64,000 nt of DNA. Origin: Paraspadella gotoi. Lineage: Eukaryota > Animalia > Chaetognatha. The DNA is taken from contig CM119265.1 of NCBI GenBank assembly GCA_051294375.1, forward strand, positions 3,161,640-3,225,639, in the 5' to 3' direction. Numbering within the stretch: position 1 is the first letter of the stretch; every line of letters begins with the position of its first letter. The notes beneath the pieces are model-generated. The model ran no database searches, was not told the DNA's origin, and saw nothing but the letters and a program-made list of their open reading frames with translations. Position numbers and translations under genes: made by a program. Positions 23,952 to 56,067 of this stretch are shown here, in pieces.

Positions 23952-26335
23952 TTGGCGACTTCGCCATTGGGCGCGAATATACAGACCGGGGCTTTGGCGA
24001 TGTTCGCCAGGTCCCCCGCCCACTGCGAACCTTTCGCAGTGTGATAAAAGTAGCGAATATTATGAAAAGCCAGCTCACGTGGATGAGCATCACCTTCAGG
24101 CTCCTCTCCCACCCCTAACCCTAAAACCAACCTTCCGTTCGAACTCTCGTGGCCTCTCCCTAAACCCTTAACCCAGGCCTGGGCCTCCCGTACATGCTCT
24201 CCATGCCTCACCCTAACCCTAACCGCCTTTGATTGCTATCAAACCACGGGCCCTCCCCAACCCTAAACCAAGCTTTCCGTCAAACTTCTGTGCCTCTCCC
24301 CTAACCCTAACCAGGCTTCAGCCTCCGTACATTCTCTCCTGTCTGGCCTCAACCTAACCCCAACCGCCTCAATTGCCTCAACCACGCGGCCCCTCCCAAC
24401 CCTAACCCTAACTAAGCCTTCCCGTTCAACTCCATGGCCTCTCCCCTAACCCTACCCAGGCCCAGCCTCCCGTAATCTCCGTGCCTCAAACCCAAACCCC
24501 CTAACCGCCTCGATTGAATCAACCATGGGGTCCTCCCGCAAACCCTAACCCTAAACCAAGCTTCCCCGTTTCAACTCCATGCCTCTTCCCCACCTAAAAC
24601 CAGGCCCGGCCTCCCGTCAATTCTCCGTTACCTCAACCTAACCCTATGGCCTCGATATTAACCCACGCGGCCCTCTCTCCCAAACCCCTAACCCTAAACC
24701 GGGCCAGGGCCTCCCGTAACATCTCCGTGTGTGAACCCTACCCTAATTTTGCCTTCGATATATACCCACGGGGCCCTCTTCTCCAAACCTACCCTAACGG
24801 CCCAGGGGCCTCCCGTACATCTTCCGTGCTCAACCTAACCCTAACGCGGGCCTCTTGGTCATCACACACCCTGCCTACCCCTATCCTCTAATATTGACAT
24901 TAAGTAATAAACCTAAAAATAAACCTTTAATACTTAACTCAACCCTAACCCTATCCCTTAAACTATCAAACCCTAAACCCTAAACTATTCAACCCTAACC
25001 TAATACTAACCTATCACCCTAAACCCTAAACCAACTCAAACCCTTAACCCTAACCCTAAATCTGAGTTTATTTTAGGCCGATGCCGAATAACTTAGAACG
25101 CTTAGGATTGTACGAGTTCAGTGCGAAATCGCAAATCGTGCGACTTAACCCACTGATCGCCCTCGCCATTTGGCGGATTTAGCTGGTGAACTACATCTAG
25201 CGTTTCTAGTGTATGGCATTCGGCCTAAAATAACTCAGATTAGGTTAGGTTAGGGTTGAATAGTTGGTGTTTTAGGTTAGGTGAGTAGGGTAGTAGTTAG
25301 GTTAGGGTTGAGTAGTTTTTAGGGTTTTAGGGTTAGTAGTTTAGGGTTAGGGTTAGGGTTGGAGTTTAAGTTAAGTTTTATTTTAGGCTTATTAATTAAT
25401 GTCATTTTAGTGTGATAGGGTAGGTAGGGTGTTGTTTGATGCCAACGAGGGCCCGCGTTAGGGTTAGGGTTGAGGGACGAGATGTACGGGAGGCCTGGGG
25501 CCCGGTTTAGTTAGGGTGGAGAGAGGCCCGTGGTTATATATCGAAGACATTAAGGGTTAGGGTTTGGGTCACGGAGTGTAAACGGGAGGGGCCTGGGCCC
25601 GGTTTAGTTAGGGTTGGGAGAGAGGCCCGTGGGTTATATATCGGAGATGCATTAGGGTTAATGGTTGAGGTACGGAGATGTACGGGGAGGCCGGGGCCTT
25701 GGTTTTTTAGGGTTAGGGGCTCGGAAGGCATGGAGTTGAACGGGAGGCTTGGTTTTAGGTTAGGTTGCGGGAGGGACCCAATTTTGGGTTGATTCATCGA
25801 AAGGCGGTGGGTCTAGGGTTGAGGCACGGAGATGTACGGGAGGCTTTGGGCTGGTCGTTAGGTAGGGAAGAGGCTGGAGTTGAACGAGGTTAGTTTTAGG
25901 TTAGGGTTGGGGAGGGGGCCCGTTGGTTGATTGCCATTGAAGTGCCGGTTAGGTAGGTTGAGGGCACGATATGTACGGAGGCTGAAGCCTGGTAGGGGTG
26001 TAGGGAGAGGCACCAGAGTGAACGAAGGGCCTTGTTTAGGGTGGGGGAGGGGCCCGTGGTTGATGCATCAAAGCGGTTTAGGGTTTAGGGTTTGAGGGCT
26101 GGAGATGCTACGGAGGCCCAGGGCCGGGTTAGGGTTCTAGGGGAGAGGCACGAGTTGACGGGAGGTTTGGTTTAGGGTTAGGGTTGGAGAGGAGCCTTGA
26201 AAGGTGATTGGATCATTTCCCCGTGTTAGCGCGCTTTTCATTATATTCGCTACTTTTATCACTGGCGAGGTCGCCAGTGGGGGACTGGCTCATCGCCAAA
26301 GCCCGTGCGAATTTCGCCATGGTGCGAGTCCGCGA
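23952..26335. repeat. ~2.4-kb palindrome centred near 25150; each arm has a ~115-120-bp minisatellite interspersed with CCCTAA (left) / TTAGGG (right) repeats
   Basis: Anchors: gtgataaaagtagcgaatat (24041) versus atattcgctacttttatcac (26243), and tctgagtttattttaggccg (25061) versus cggcctaaaataactcaga (25221). Confidence 0.9.
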
Positions 26336-26589
26336 ATCTCAACCTAAACCCTAATGCTTCATATAATCACGAAAAAACTAAATACCTACTCATTTATATC
26401 CTCTTTCATACACTAGACCAATGATAATGTGAATTGTTACTCTCGAATATCCGTAAAGACTAGAGCTAGAGGAGAAGACAGAGAGAGGAGAGAGAGAAGA
26501 GACACCAGAGAGAGATGAGAGAAAGACAATAGAGAGAGATGAGAAGAAGAAGAGATGAGAGAGAGAGAGAGACGAGAGAGAGAGAAAGA

Positions 26590-27623
26590 GAGAGAGTCAA
26601 TTTCCCGCTGTGACCATCAAGAGGGCAACAAAAGATCGACCATCTACCGAGGGAATTAAGAAAATCGATAAAAAGGGACCGAAGAGTTACTTATAGCAGA
26701 ATTAGGCATATTATAGACTTAAGAATAAAAAAATACAATGTAGTTTATTTTTATTTGACAATAATTCGTCCTCCACAATGAATCAATGGCCAAACTTCAT
26801 TATACAAGCAAAAGCAAAAGCAATACGGACTTTCTTCCGTAATTATGAAAACACTTTAATAATATTTTTATCGTTTAACATTTTGCAAAAAAATTGAGGG
26901 ATTGTGTTTGGCCGAAAGGAAATCAAAGGAATGTGGTCAGATATTTGGGATTTCGAGATTTTGGTGTGTTCTGTGTAGAGTGTGGGGGGAAGTTGGAAGA
27001 ATGTTGGGGATTGGAGGTGTGGGAGTGAGATCGAGTGAGGAGGAGAGGCGGGTGGGGGTGGGGAGGTGTGGAAAGTGAAGAAAAAGGAAAGCCATTTGGA
27101 AAACGAGGCGGGCCGCGTGCTGTTGATAAAGAGTTGATGTCTAAACGCGGAATCTTTGTGGTTAAAAATTTTAAAAATGAGTTTTTATGTGAGTTATGAT
27201 CCGGTCATGTAATAGAACAATATGTTTAAAGCAAGGCACTACGAGTTCTTTGACTGATGTAAATTAGTTGGAGGCGAGGGAGAATAAATCTGGGAGTGAC
27301 ACCGGAAAGGAAATCCGTAAATTGTTTATGACGAATCTGGACTGAAAGAAACTGAAGAAAGGGAAGTAAAGAAGTAAAGAAAGGGAAGTAAGGATGGAGA
27401 AAGTTGAAGTAAAGGATGTGAAGAAGGTTTATTAAAGAAGGGAAAGGAAGATAGGAATGAAAGAGAAAAGAATTTCAGTGATCACTTTCTACGAAGTTAT
27501 TTCTTTGCTTGAATTACCCTCCCTCCACACTGGGATATCCCTTCGCCCTCGTTTTCACTTTTCCAATATATTCTTCATTCTCTCTCTTTCTCTCTGTTCT
27601 CTCTTTCTCTCTCTCTTCTCTCT

Positions 27624-27680
<57 letters not shown>

Positions 27681-30600
27681 ACTTCCCCCCCTTCTCCCGA
27701 TTTCGCGTGAATCGGTTTCCGATAACAAAAGCTTTCCCCTCTCTCTCTCCCAATGCTGCCGCAGCGGTTAGGATGATTTGATTGGATCTCTCCTCTCTCT
27801 CTTCTCTCTCTCTCTCTTCTTTCTCTCTCTCTCTCTCCTCTCTCTCTTCTCTCTCCTCTCTCTCTTCACCAACTCTCATCAGTTTCTTAATTTCCCGATC
27901 ATCCTCGTTTTCTCTCACTCGTTGTATCTGAATCGTTTCTTTTAAACGATTCAATCGTTTTGTTGTTCTTTGGCATTTCACCACATTAACTTAACAAAAA
28001 TGTAAACATTTACATATTAATCGTAATTATTTATCCTTTTTTTCAGACTTTCAACAACAATTACTTTTCAAAAATAATATTTCTCAATAATAAAAGAAGA
28101 AAAATTGTTAAATTAAAAAAATTCGTTTACGTCTTCTTCTCTCTTAACATTCTTCCGACCATTGCTCTAATCTCTCGATCATCCTAAATTCCATCTTTCT
28201 GCAAATCCGATTCCGACCAAAAACACGGACAAATTATCATCTTTCGTTTCTTCCTGTTTTTTATTCCTTTTTTTTGAATTCCAAATTAAGGATCGGCGGA
28301 TAAAAAAGGACCAGGGCGGGCCCCCCGCCCCATTAAAAATTACCCATCGAACATCCGCCACTTCATAAGACTGCCACCGCCACCTCTCGGCCGGCGCGCC
28401 ACTCAAAAACTTGGAACCGCCCTCTAAGTGTCCTCAACCGCCAACGAAATCTCTTCGTTTCGTCCCAATTTTTATTCTTTTCTTCTCGATGTCGAACTCA
28501 TTATTTTTCTCTCGAGATTATCATTCTCAAGTTCACGCCTTCTTATCCCCACAATGGTTGCCACATCCCGACCACACCTTAAACCACCAACCAGAACCAC
28601 ACCGGACCACGACTTCTTAATCAAAAAGTGCCGCCGTCTCTATCTTTCCATCGTCTTCAATTTTAGGGGACTCTTGGTCACCCCCCCATCAAATTTCTGG
28701 ACCCCCAAACATCACGTGACCTCGTCTTCCACGTGACCCCATCCCTTTAATTGATCCTTCACGGTTTCAGCTGAACAGATCCCGGCCTCTTAACCCAGCG
28801 AATCTTTACGATCTCTCCTGCCCTCCCTCTAGTGCCGGCGCGCGCTTGCCAACCTTTCTTTTGTGAATCGATCCCGAATCACCGCTAATCACGAAATGAT
28901 CAACCAGACACGGAATTCACAAAAACTCCTCTGTTCTTTCGATTGTCTCACTTTCAACTGAGACTGAACCCGTGATTTAATGGGGACCACCAATAAATTG
29001 AACCATTTCTCTGGGATTTTCCCCTCTCCCTTTCTCAAATTCATAATTCCTTCGAATAAACGCGTGGATTTCAGCCCATTGAGTTTCACGGCGTGACATC
29101 CATATCAGCACACATGTGAAGAATTCACGGACTCCGCCGTCCAGTGAAATGCCTTCGGGACCAACTTTTTCTTTTTTGCCCGAAACCAATTATAATTCTC
29201 TTTTCGGACTTCGAGTTTCCTCCAGACTCCTGTTGCTTGATCCCTGGACCTCGGTGCGTGTGATGCCCAAAAAAGTTCACTTCATATGAGGTGCTCAGAT
29301 GGACATTCGGAAACTCCATGAATAATCGTTTGCAATAGGAGCGGGACAGGTGCAGGGGGAGTGCCATACAAAGACGCATACAAGCAAGATGCGTTCGTTT
29401 TTAATTAATGAAGTTGCAACGAAAACCTTGTCCGCTTGACGTAACAGAAATAGTGGACCACTGAATCAATTGTGTTCCGGAAAGGGCGGAAAAGGAGACG
29501 CCGATTGGAAAGAGACTTGCCGGAAAATTGCCGGGGCTTTGTCTGCAGCAATTTTTGAATTCACTTAATTCCACGTTTATTGAATTTTCTATTCCTCACT
29601 TGATTATTGGATGTTTTATTTTATCAGTCTCTCAAACCATTATGTAAACTTGATGGTCGTAGTTTTTTACGCCTGGATTTCGGATTTCGTTCGCCTGATT
29701 TCGTCGCCTGCCAAACTTAAAGAAGAATGTATATACGTCGTTCTGGTATGGCTCAACCGTGCTGATATGGACGATGGATCTCGTTCTTGAACGTGGTTGA
29801 GAGTGAGTACTCCTATTTTCTACTTATCTCCTTTACTCGGTATCTCAACATAATCAATGATGTTTTCGAAGTCAAAGATATTTTGCCAGGTAATACATAC
29901 CAGAGTATGGAATCTGGCTACAGTCGTACTATTGTCTCTTGGTGACGTTTAATAATAAGAGAGAGAGTCAATTCCCGCTGTGACCATCAAGAGGCAACAA
30001 AGATCGACATCTCCGAGGAATTAAGAAAATCGATAAAAAGGACCGAGCAGTTACTTATAAGCAGAATTAGCATATTATAGGACTAAGAATAAAAAATACA
30101 ATGTAGTTTATTTTTATTGACATATCGTCCTCAAACAATGAATCAATGCCAAAACTATTTCATTATACAAGCAAAAGCAAAAGCAATACGGACTTTCTCC
30201 GTAATTATAATAACACTTTTAATAATATTTTTATCGTTTATATTTTGCGAAAAAAAATTGAGGAAATTGTTTCNNNNNNNNNNNNNNNNNNNNNNNNNNN
30301 NNNNNNNNNNNNNNNNNNNNNNNNNNNNNNNNNNNNNNNNNNNNNNNNNNNNNNNNNNNNNNNNNNNNNNNNNNNNNNNNNNNNNNNNNNNNNNNNNNNN
30401 NNNNNNNNNNNNNNNNNNNNNNNNNNNNNNNNNNNNNNNNNNNNNNNNNNNNNNNNNNNNNNNNNNNNNNGGTTGTGAAAGTGAAGAAAAAGGAAAAGGC
30501 CGATTTGGAAACGAGGCGGGGCGCGATGCTGTGGATAAAAGAGTGATGTCTAACGCGTGGGAATCTTTGTGGGTAAAAAAAATTTTAAAAATGAGTTTTA

Positions 30601-33130
30601 TGTGAGTTTTATATCCGGTCAGGTAAAAGACAAATATGTTAAAGCCAAGCACTACGAGTCTTGACTGATGTAAATTAGTTGGAGGCGAGGAGAAAAAATC
30701 TGGGAGTGACACCGAAAGGAAATCGTAAATGTTATTGACGAATTCTGGACTGAAAGAAACTGAAGAAAGGGAAGTAAAGAAAGTAAAGAAAGGGAAGTAA
30801 AGGNNNNNNNNNNNNNNNNNNNNNNNNNNNNNNNNNNNNNNNNNNNNNNNNNNNNNNNNNNNNNNNNNNNNNNNNNNNNNNNNNNNNNNNNNNNNNNNNN
30901 NNNNNNNNNNNNNNNNNNNNNNNNNNNNNNNNNNNNNNNNNNNNNNNNNNNNNNNNNNNNNNNNNNNNNNNNNNNNNNNNNNNNNNNNNNNNNNNNNNNN
31001 NNNNNNNNNNNNNNNNNNNNNNNNNNNNNNNNNNNNNNNNNNNNNNNNNNNNNNNNNNNNNNNNNNNNNNNNNNNNNNNNNNNNNNNNNNNNNNNNNNNN
31101 NNNCTCATCAGTTCTTAATTTCCCGATCATCCTCGTTTCTCTCGATCCGTTGTATCTCTGAATCGTTTCTTTTTAACGATTCATCGTTTTGTTTGATTCT
31201 TGGCATATCAACACATAACTTAACAAAAATGTAAAAAACATATTACAAATTAACGTAATTATTTATCCTTTTTTTTCAGATTCAACAACATTACTTTCAA
31301 AATATATTTCTCAATAAATAAAGAAGAAAAATTGTAATAAAAAAAATCGTTTACGTCTCTCATCTCTTAATCATCTCCGACCATCTGTCATCTAATCTCT
31401 CGATCATCTCTAAATTCCATCTGCAAATCCGATTCCGACCAAAACAACGACAAATTATTTTCATCTTCGTTTCTTCTGTTTTTNNNNNNNNNNNNNNNNN
31501 NNNNNNNNNNNNNNNNNNNNNNNNNNNNNNNNNNNNNNNNNNNNNNNNNNNNNNNNNNNNNNNNNNNNNNNNNNNNNNNNNNNNNNNNNNNNNNNNNNNN
31601 NNNNNNNNNNNNNNNNNNNNNNNNNNNNNNNNNNNNNNNNNNNNNNNNNNNNNNNNNNNNNNNNNNNNNNNNNNNNNNNNNNNNNNNNNNNNNNNNNTTT
31701 TTCTCTCGAGATTTATCATTTTTCTCAAAGTCACGCCTTCTTAATCCCCACATGGTGCCACATCCCGGACCACACCTAAACCACACCAGAACCACACCGG
31801 ACCACGACTCTTAATCAAAAGCGCCGCCGTCTCTATCTTCTCCATCGTCTTCAATTTTAGGACTCTTGGTCACCCCCCCATCAATTTCTTGACCCCAAAA
31901 TATCACGTGACCTCGTCTTCCACGTGACCCCATCCCTTCAACTTGACCTCACGGTTCCAGCTGAGACAGTCCCGCCTCTAACGAGCGAATCTTTCACGAA
32001 TTAGTCCCTTCGATTCTGTGCGGCGTTTCACCTTTTCTTTGTGAATCGATCCCGAATCACCGCTAATCACGAAAGATCACCAGACACGAATTCACAAAAC
32101 CCTCTTCTTTCGATTTCTCACTTTCAACTTGAGACTGACCCCGTGATTTAATGGACCACCAAATGAACCATTTCTCTGGGATTTTTTCCCCTCTCCCTTT
32201 CTCTAATTCATATTCCTCGATAAACGCGTGATTTCCCATTGAGTTTCACCGCGTGAATCCAATCACCACATCACATAAAAGAATCACGGACTCCGCCCTC
32301 CAGTGAATTGCCTCGGACCAACTTTTCTCCTTCTTCTTTTGACCGAAACAAATTTAATCTCTTTGGATTCGAGTTCCTCAGCCTGTTGACCTTTGACCCT
32401 GGACCTCGAATCTTGACCCAAANNNNNNNNNNNNNNNNNNNNNNNNNNNNNNNNNNNNNNNNNNNNNNNNNNNNNNNNNNNNNNNNNNNNNNNNNNNNNN
32501 NNNNNNNNNNNNNNNNNNNNNNNNNNNNNNNNNNNNNNNNNNNNNNNNNNNNNNNNNNNNNNNNNNNNNNNNNNNNNNNNNNNNNNNNNNNNNNNNNNNN
32601 NNNNNNNNNNNNNNNNNNNNNNNNNNNNNNNNNNNNNNNNNNNNNNNNNNNNNNNGACCACTGGATCAATTGTGTTTCCGGAAGGCGGAAAGGAGACGCC
32701 GATTGAAAGAGACTTGCCGGAAATGCCGGGCTTTGTCTGGCAGAATTTTGAATTCACTTAATTCCACGATTATGAATTTTCTATTCCATCACTGATATTG
32801 GATTCTTAATTTTATCAGTTTAAACATTATGTAAACTGATGTCGTNNNNNNNNNNNNNNNNNNNNNNNNNNNNNNNNNNNNNNNNNNNNNNNNNNNNNNN
32901 NNNNNNNNNNNNNNNNNNNNNNNNNNNNNNNNNNNNNNNNNNNNNNNNNNNNNNNNNNNNNNNNNNNNNNNNNNNNNNNNNNNNNNNNNNNNNNNNNNNN
33001 NNNNNNNNNNNNNNNNNNNNTGGATCTTTTGAAGGTAAGTGACATTTTACTTACTTTTTCAGTTTGGTTAAAGATTTCATCAATCAATAGTTTTCGAGTC
33101 AAATATTTTTCAGTTACAATACATAGATAG
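26590..33130. repeat. Tandem direct duplication of ~3.3 kb (26590-29950 and 29960-33130)
   Basis: gtcaatt(t)cccgctgtgaccatcaagag at 26596 and 29967; colinear thereafter, differing mostly by small indels. Confidence 0.9.
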
Positions 33131-33789
33131 TATATATTTTCTGTGGTAATTCAATGCAGCTTATATGGCTTAGTTTTTCCGTTCAAACGTTACCTAAATA
33201 TTTATTTAAGTAATACGTACTGTTAAATATTTTGGAATTAGAATACAGATTAGGTGATGAAGAAGGGAAATTAAATTCAGCTTATACGACTTACTTTATT
33301 TAAGCAAATCGGTTCGGGTAAAAAAAAAAANNNNNNNNNNAAAAAAAAAAAATTAAAATTTGGAATTGCGTCGCGCGCATATTTTTTTTTCTTCTCAAAT
33401 TTAAAACAAAAAAATTGTCACCTTAGCAACGATCTCTCATCTCGGGCAATTAATTTCGCATCTTCACATCTCATTCATATTTGCCTTTTTCATCACATCC
33501 ACGAGATTCTCTGTCATATCATATCTTCCGTCACAATCGTTTGTCATAACTCGATCTATCATAATCTTTTATCCATCTCCTCATCGCGCGCGGAGAAAGA
33601 GAGAGAGAAAAAAAAATGGAGATAGAGACATCCGCCTGTATCTTTCCAAAAAAANNNNNNNNNNNNNNNNNNNNNNNNNAAAGGGGGGGGCCGGAACGAG
33701 ATATAAACGAGCCTCTACTGTATTTTTTTTTTTTTGTTGTGTACTGGAATTCTTATTTGTCTCCTGACGAAAAAAATAACAAGGAATCA

Positions 33790-51668
<17,879 letters not shown>

Positions 51669-51731
51669 TAGAGATGTTAAGAAAGTGTGGCAAGTAAACT
51701 GAACGAAGATAAAAAGAGAGAAAGAGAGATT

Positions 51732-51732
<1 letters not shown>

Positions 51733-51827
<95 letters not shown>
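51733..51827. repeat. (AAAG)n microsatellite
   Basis: Directly visible. Confidence 0.95.
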
Positions 51828-51828
<1 letters not shown>

Positions 51829-51992
51829 GAGAAAAAAAAAAAAGATTTCCGAATTTAGAATAGTAATCAACTATCTTTATTAGTTATTTACGACACCATA
51901 AATCTTCCAAATGTCTCCAAAGATTAAATTTTCTCCACCCAAATCTTTTTAAATCTTTAAACGTCTCTCTAAAAAAGGTTTAATTTCAAAAT

Positions 51993-52036
<44 letters not shown>

Positions 52037-53923
52037 TCACGCTCCACCCCCCAATCACAAGACGGTGAAGGGACAAGGGTTAGGGGGATAGATCAAAGTT
52101 CACCGACCGTGAACCTCAAGAGAGGAGAGTAAGGGTTACGATTGGGTGAACGAATCAGTGGGTGAACCTTTTCTCTATTTTTTGTGACGTTTTTCGTGAT
52201 TTTGTGACTTCGTTCTTTTGGGTGATTCTCACGTGATTCTCTTTCGAGTTTAAATTTTAATTTATGGGCTTTTATTTAGCTTTTTTATTGTTTTGATTTT
52301 TTTAACAATGATTTTTAAGATCAACTGATAAATTTTTCACTTTTTAGTGTTGTTAAGGTTGTTACCTCAGCATATCACGTTATAAATAAACTTAGCGCGT
52401 CGTAATTGTCAATTTTATTTCTTGTTGCACAAGAAAATTATTAAAGTTGTTTGACAATACTTGCTTCGAGAGCAAATAAATATCTTTAACTATTCCGTAA
52501 CAAGGTTTTTAATGCTTACTTAATTCTACAGATTAATATTCCTCAGATTAAACTGTTAAACTATTTCCGATATACTATAAGTTTGGTTTTGAAACCCAAA
52601 ACAAAGACAATTTGCGAATTACGTTCAACAAGTTATAACAACAAAATGTTTTCTTTGCTCATTTGTTCAGTTTAATAGGGAATCATTGAAAATTTACGAG
52701 CAAATATGAAAACTATATGTCATGTCACAGAAAACAAAAGAAACAACATCCCCACAAAAACAAAACGGAGTGAAAAAGAAAATATAAATTTTCGTTCCAC
52801 TTTCGTCTCATCTTTTTCTTCAAAGGTTAAGGGGAGGTTAATGTCTTAAGTTTTTTTTCGTCGAGGGCCGACGGGGTTAATAAGGAAAGGGAGAAATAAA
52901 GGTTAAGGGAAAGGTGGTCGAAATAAAATGGAAAGGAGTGGTTAAAAAATTTGGGATGAGATTTAGAGCATTTTAAGAAGGAAACACCGATAAAGTTATA
53001 GTTAATAAAGAATTGAGATTGAAATTTTCGATATGTATGTATAATTGTATGTTAGGAAAAAAGTTGGCTTAAGAAAAAATAGGCAAAAAAGAAAAAAAAA
53101 TGGCAAAATAAAGGAAACTAAATAAATAAAAAGAAATAAAAAAACAAAACAAAAAATACTAAAAACAACCAGAAAACAACGAAAATTGGAAAAAGGGTTA
53201 ATCTCAAAATTGAAAGGTTAATCGGTTATCTAAGCAAAGAGATTAATATTAAAAAAAAATCCTAGCGGTTTAAACCCGAAAGAAAAGTTTAAAAATGTAT
53301 AATGATAATAATGGTTATCAATTCCAAAACATAAAACTTTGTTTAAAAAAAAAAACCATTAAGAAAAGCCACAGGACCCGACTCAAAATTTACAGCGCGA
53401 AACTTTTTTAGCGAAACTTTTTTGAAGTTGAATTTCGTCGTCGTTTTAATGAGGATTCGTGGTTGAACGCCTTCGGTTTTACCGTCTTCGTTGTTGTCTT
53501 TGTCGTCGTTGTTGTCGTTGTGGTTGTCATTGTTTATATAATTGTTCGTCTTCATCTTAACCATTTGTTTAAACTCTAAAAAAAAAAAATTAACGAGAGG
53601 AACAAGATCGACGACAACTAAAAAATTCAGAAAAAGACGCCGACCGCGAATTCACGGTAAAAAAAAACCCATGAGTTTCCTCACCGACATCATCGCCGCT
53701 CACACAAAACTCCATCCTGACCCCTTAAGCCCCGCGTGGCCGCCACATGACCCCGGAATCACCCGCGACCCCGAGTCACTTCCCCGACCCTACCCCCCGT
53801 CGTCTTCACCCCCACCGCCCCCGGTCACTCACTCCCCCTTTCACCCTTAATGTCATAAAAAAAAAGAGAAAAAGTCTTCCATCAAGATTAAAATTCGAAA
53901 CTCAGTGAATCACATTCCAGAGT

Positions 53924-54240
53924 CCGGATGTAATTAGGATATTATGGCTTACGTCGGTTTAATATCCGTATGTAATTGGAAAATTGCGTTGCTAAAGTTG
54001 ATCGCCGGATGTAATTGGACTAACGTATCTTACATCGTTTGAATGGCCGGATGTAATTGGTCTTTCACGTTAAATTCGAGGATCCCCGGATATGATTGAA
54101 CAATCGCGTAGTATTCCGTTGATCCCCGGATGTAGTTGAATTAGAAAGGATTTTTTTAGTTTTTCTTTCTTTGACCACGTGGTGGTGACATCCCCGTATA
54201 TAACTGGGTTACATTTCGGTGAATAAATCGCGGATGTGAA
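53924..54240. repeat. Diverged ~39-42-bp tandem array with conserved CCGGATGTAATTGG core
   Basis: Core starts at 53924, 53966, 54005, 54047, 54086 and 54126, with weaker copies near 54193 and 54230. Confidence 0.75.
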
Positions 54241-54291
54241 TTCTAGTTTCGGTTTTCATCTTCCGATTATCGATCGATCATTGGGTCATTT

Positions 54292-54450
<159 letters not shown>

Positions 54451-55278
54451 TTTGCATAAAATCAGTTACCCTGACGGAAACAGTGGTCACCGGCGAAAGC
54501 GAAAGCGTTTGCTTGTCAAAGAAGAATATAGTAACCGACGGCAATAATATTTATTAAGAAATAAATTGTTTCGAAGTTTGTGAAAATTCAAAGCAGTAAA
54601 GTGAAAAAAAATGTATCACCATGAATGTCCGGCTTTTAAAAATACGATGACCAAACTGGTGACTTTTCTTTTTTCTTTCTTTTTTTTCTTTCTTTCTTTC
54701 TCTTCATGACTCATCATTTATCTTTTATAATAGTTTCAGTATCTCTCTCTCTCTCTGGCGTCAAAAGAATTACTGCGTCGACTCCAGGCGCCATCTGACG
54801 TCCCAGTCGCCACGGGGTTATTCAATGGAGTTATTTCAGTTTGGGAAAAGAAAAGTGAAATTCTCTGATTGGCTGATATCGACAAAAGTGAAATTCGCTC
54901 ATTGGCTGATATCGTCAATTGAAGTGTAAAAATTGCAGAAACATGGCTATACAATGGCTATAAATAATAAACATATCATGTAAGTAGACTATACAATGGC
55001 TATACAATGGCTGTACAATGGCTATAAATAATATACATATCATGTAAGTAGGCAGTGATAATTCATAAAAGAAATATACTTCTTAAAAAGGTTGACAAAA
55101 TTAAGCAAATTTTGTTACTTAATTAGATAAAAAAATGTTATTCAAAATTCGTAACAAAATTAGTAAAGTAACTTATATATTCATATTTAAAAAAAATCAA
55201 TATCATTGATATATGTATTGTTACAGTGTAATTCGATTCAAAACTACATTTAATTTAATCAAGATTCAACTTGCATCG

Positions 55279-55336
<58 letters not shown>
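55279..55336. repeat. (GCC)n trinucleotide repeat
   Basis: Directly visible. Confidence 0.95.
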
Positions 55337-56067
55337 AGCCCCGTAATCTCCTCCAATCAACGTCAAGCTCACATCCGACCCCGCGACTCCCCGGGGATTT
55401 AAAGACCCCCTGGGATCCGAGCTAATCGCGACCCATAGAAAGGGGGGGGGGCTGACTTACCATCATGATCAAACCCCCGAGAGTCAGAGAATCCCTTCGG
55501 AAACTCACCCGCTGGGAAAGTTAAAAGTCGATGTGACAGTTAAGTCTGGGAAAAAGCGAACCTCGTCTCGTGGAATTTGGGGGGGAGAACTCAGGGGAGT
55601 TTATTGCGGAGAATTTCGGAGTTAATCTGCGGCGAAAATCTGACTTAATCAGCGGCGAACTCGACGGCGAAATCTCGCGCGATGTAAGTCGTGATTATGG
55701 AATCTCGCGGCGCCATGGCGGTGCTACGGCCACGCGGTGCCACGGTGCCCCCGCCATGCGGTAGCACGGTCACGCGGTTCCCCGACTCAGAAGGTCAACA
55801 CGTGGGTTTTTATTGGGGAACAAATAGACGGACGTAGAAATGGACACTGGACAATGATCAGTAATGTGAATGATTTACGAACGAAGCCAAGTATTAAAAT
55901 ATAACTCAATTAATTTGTATCTTTTCTAATTCATTACGTTACATTACATTACATTACATTACATTACATTATGTTTAAACTCATTGCTCATTAACCAATC
56001 GGATGTTCATTGAATGAATTGCATGGATTTTCAGCACGAAATTTTTTCTCTAAAAGCGCACAGATAA

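Noticed and set aside
23952-26335. Telomere-telomere fusion site or true chromosome end
   Set aside because: Orientation is CCCTAA then TTAGGG (a fusion gives the reverse), and the repeats are short runs within a larger unit
53924-54240. CRISPR array
   Set aside because: Eukaryotic context, core only ~14 bp and degenerate, spacers related to each other, no cas genes
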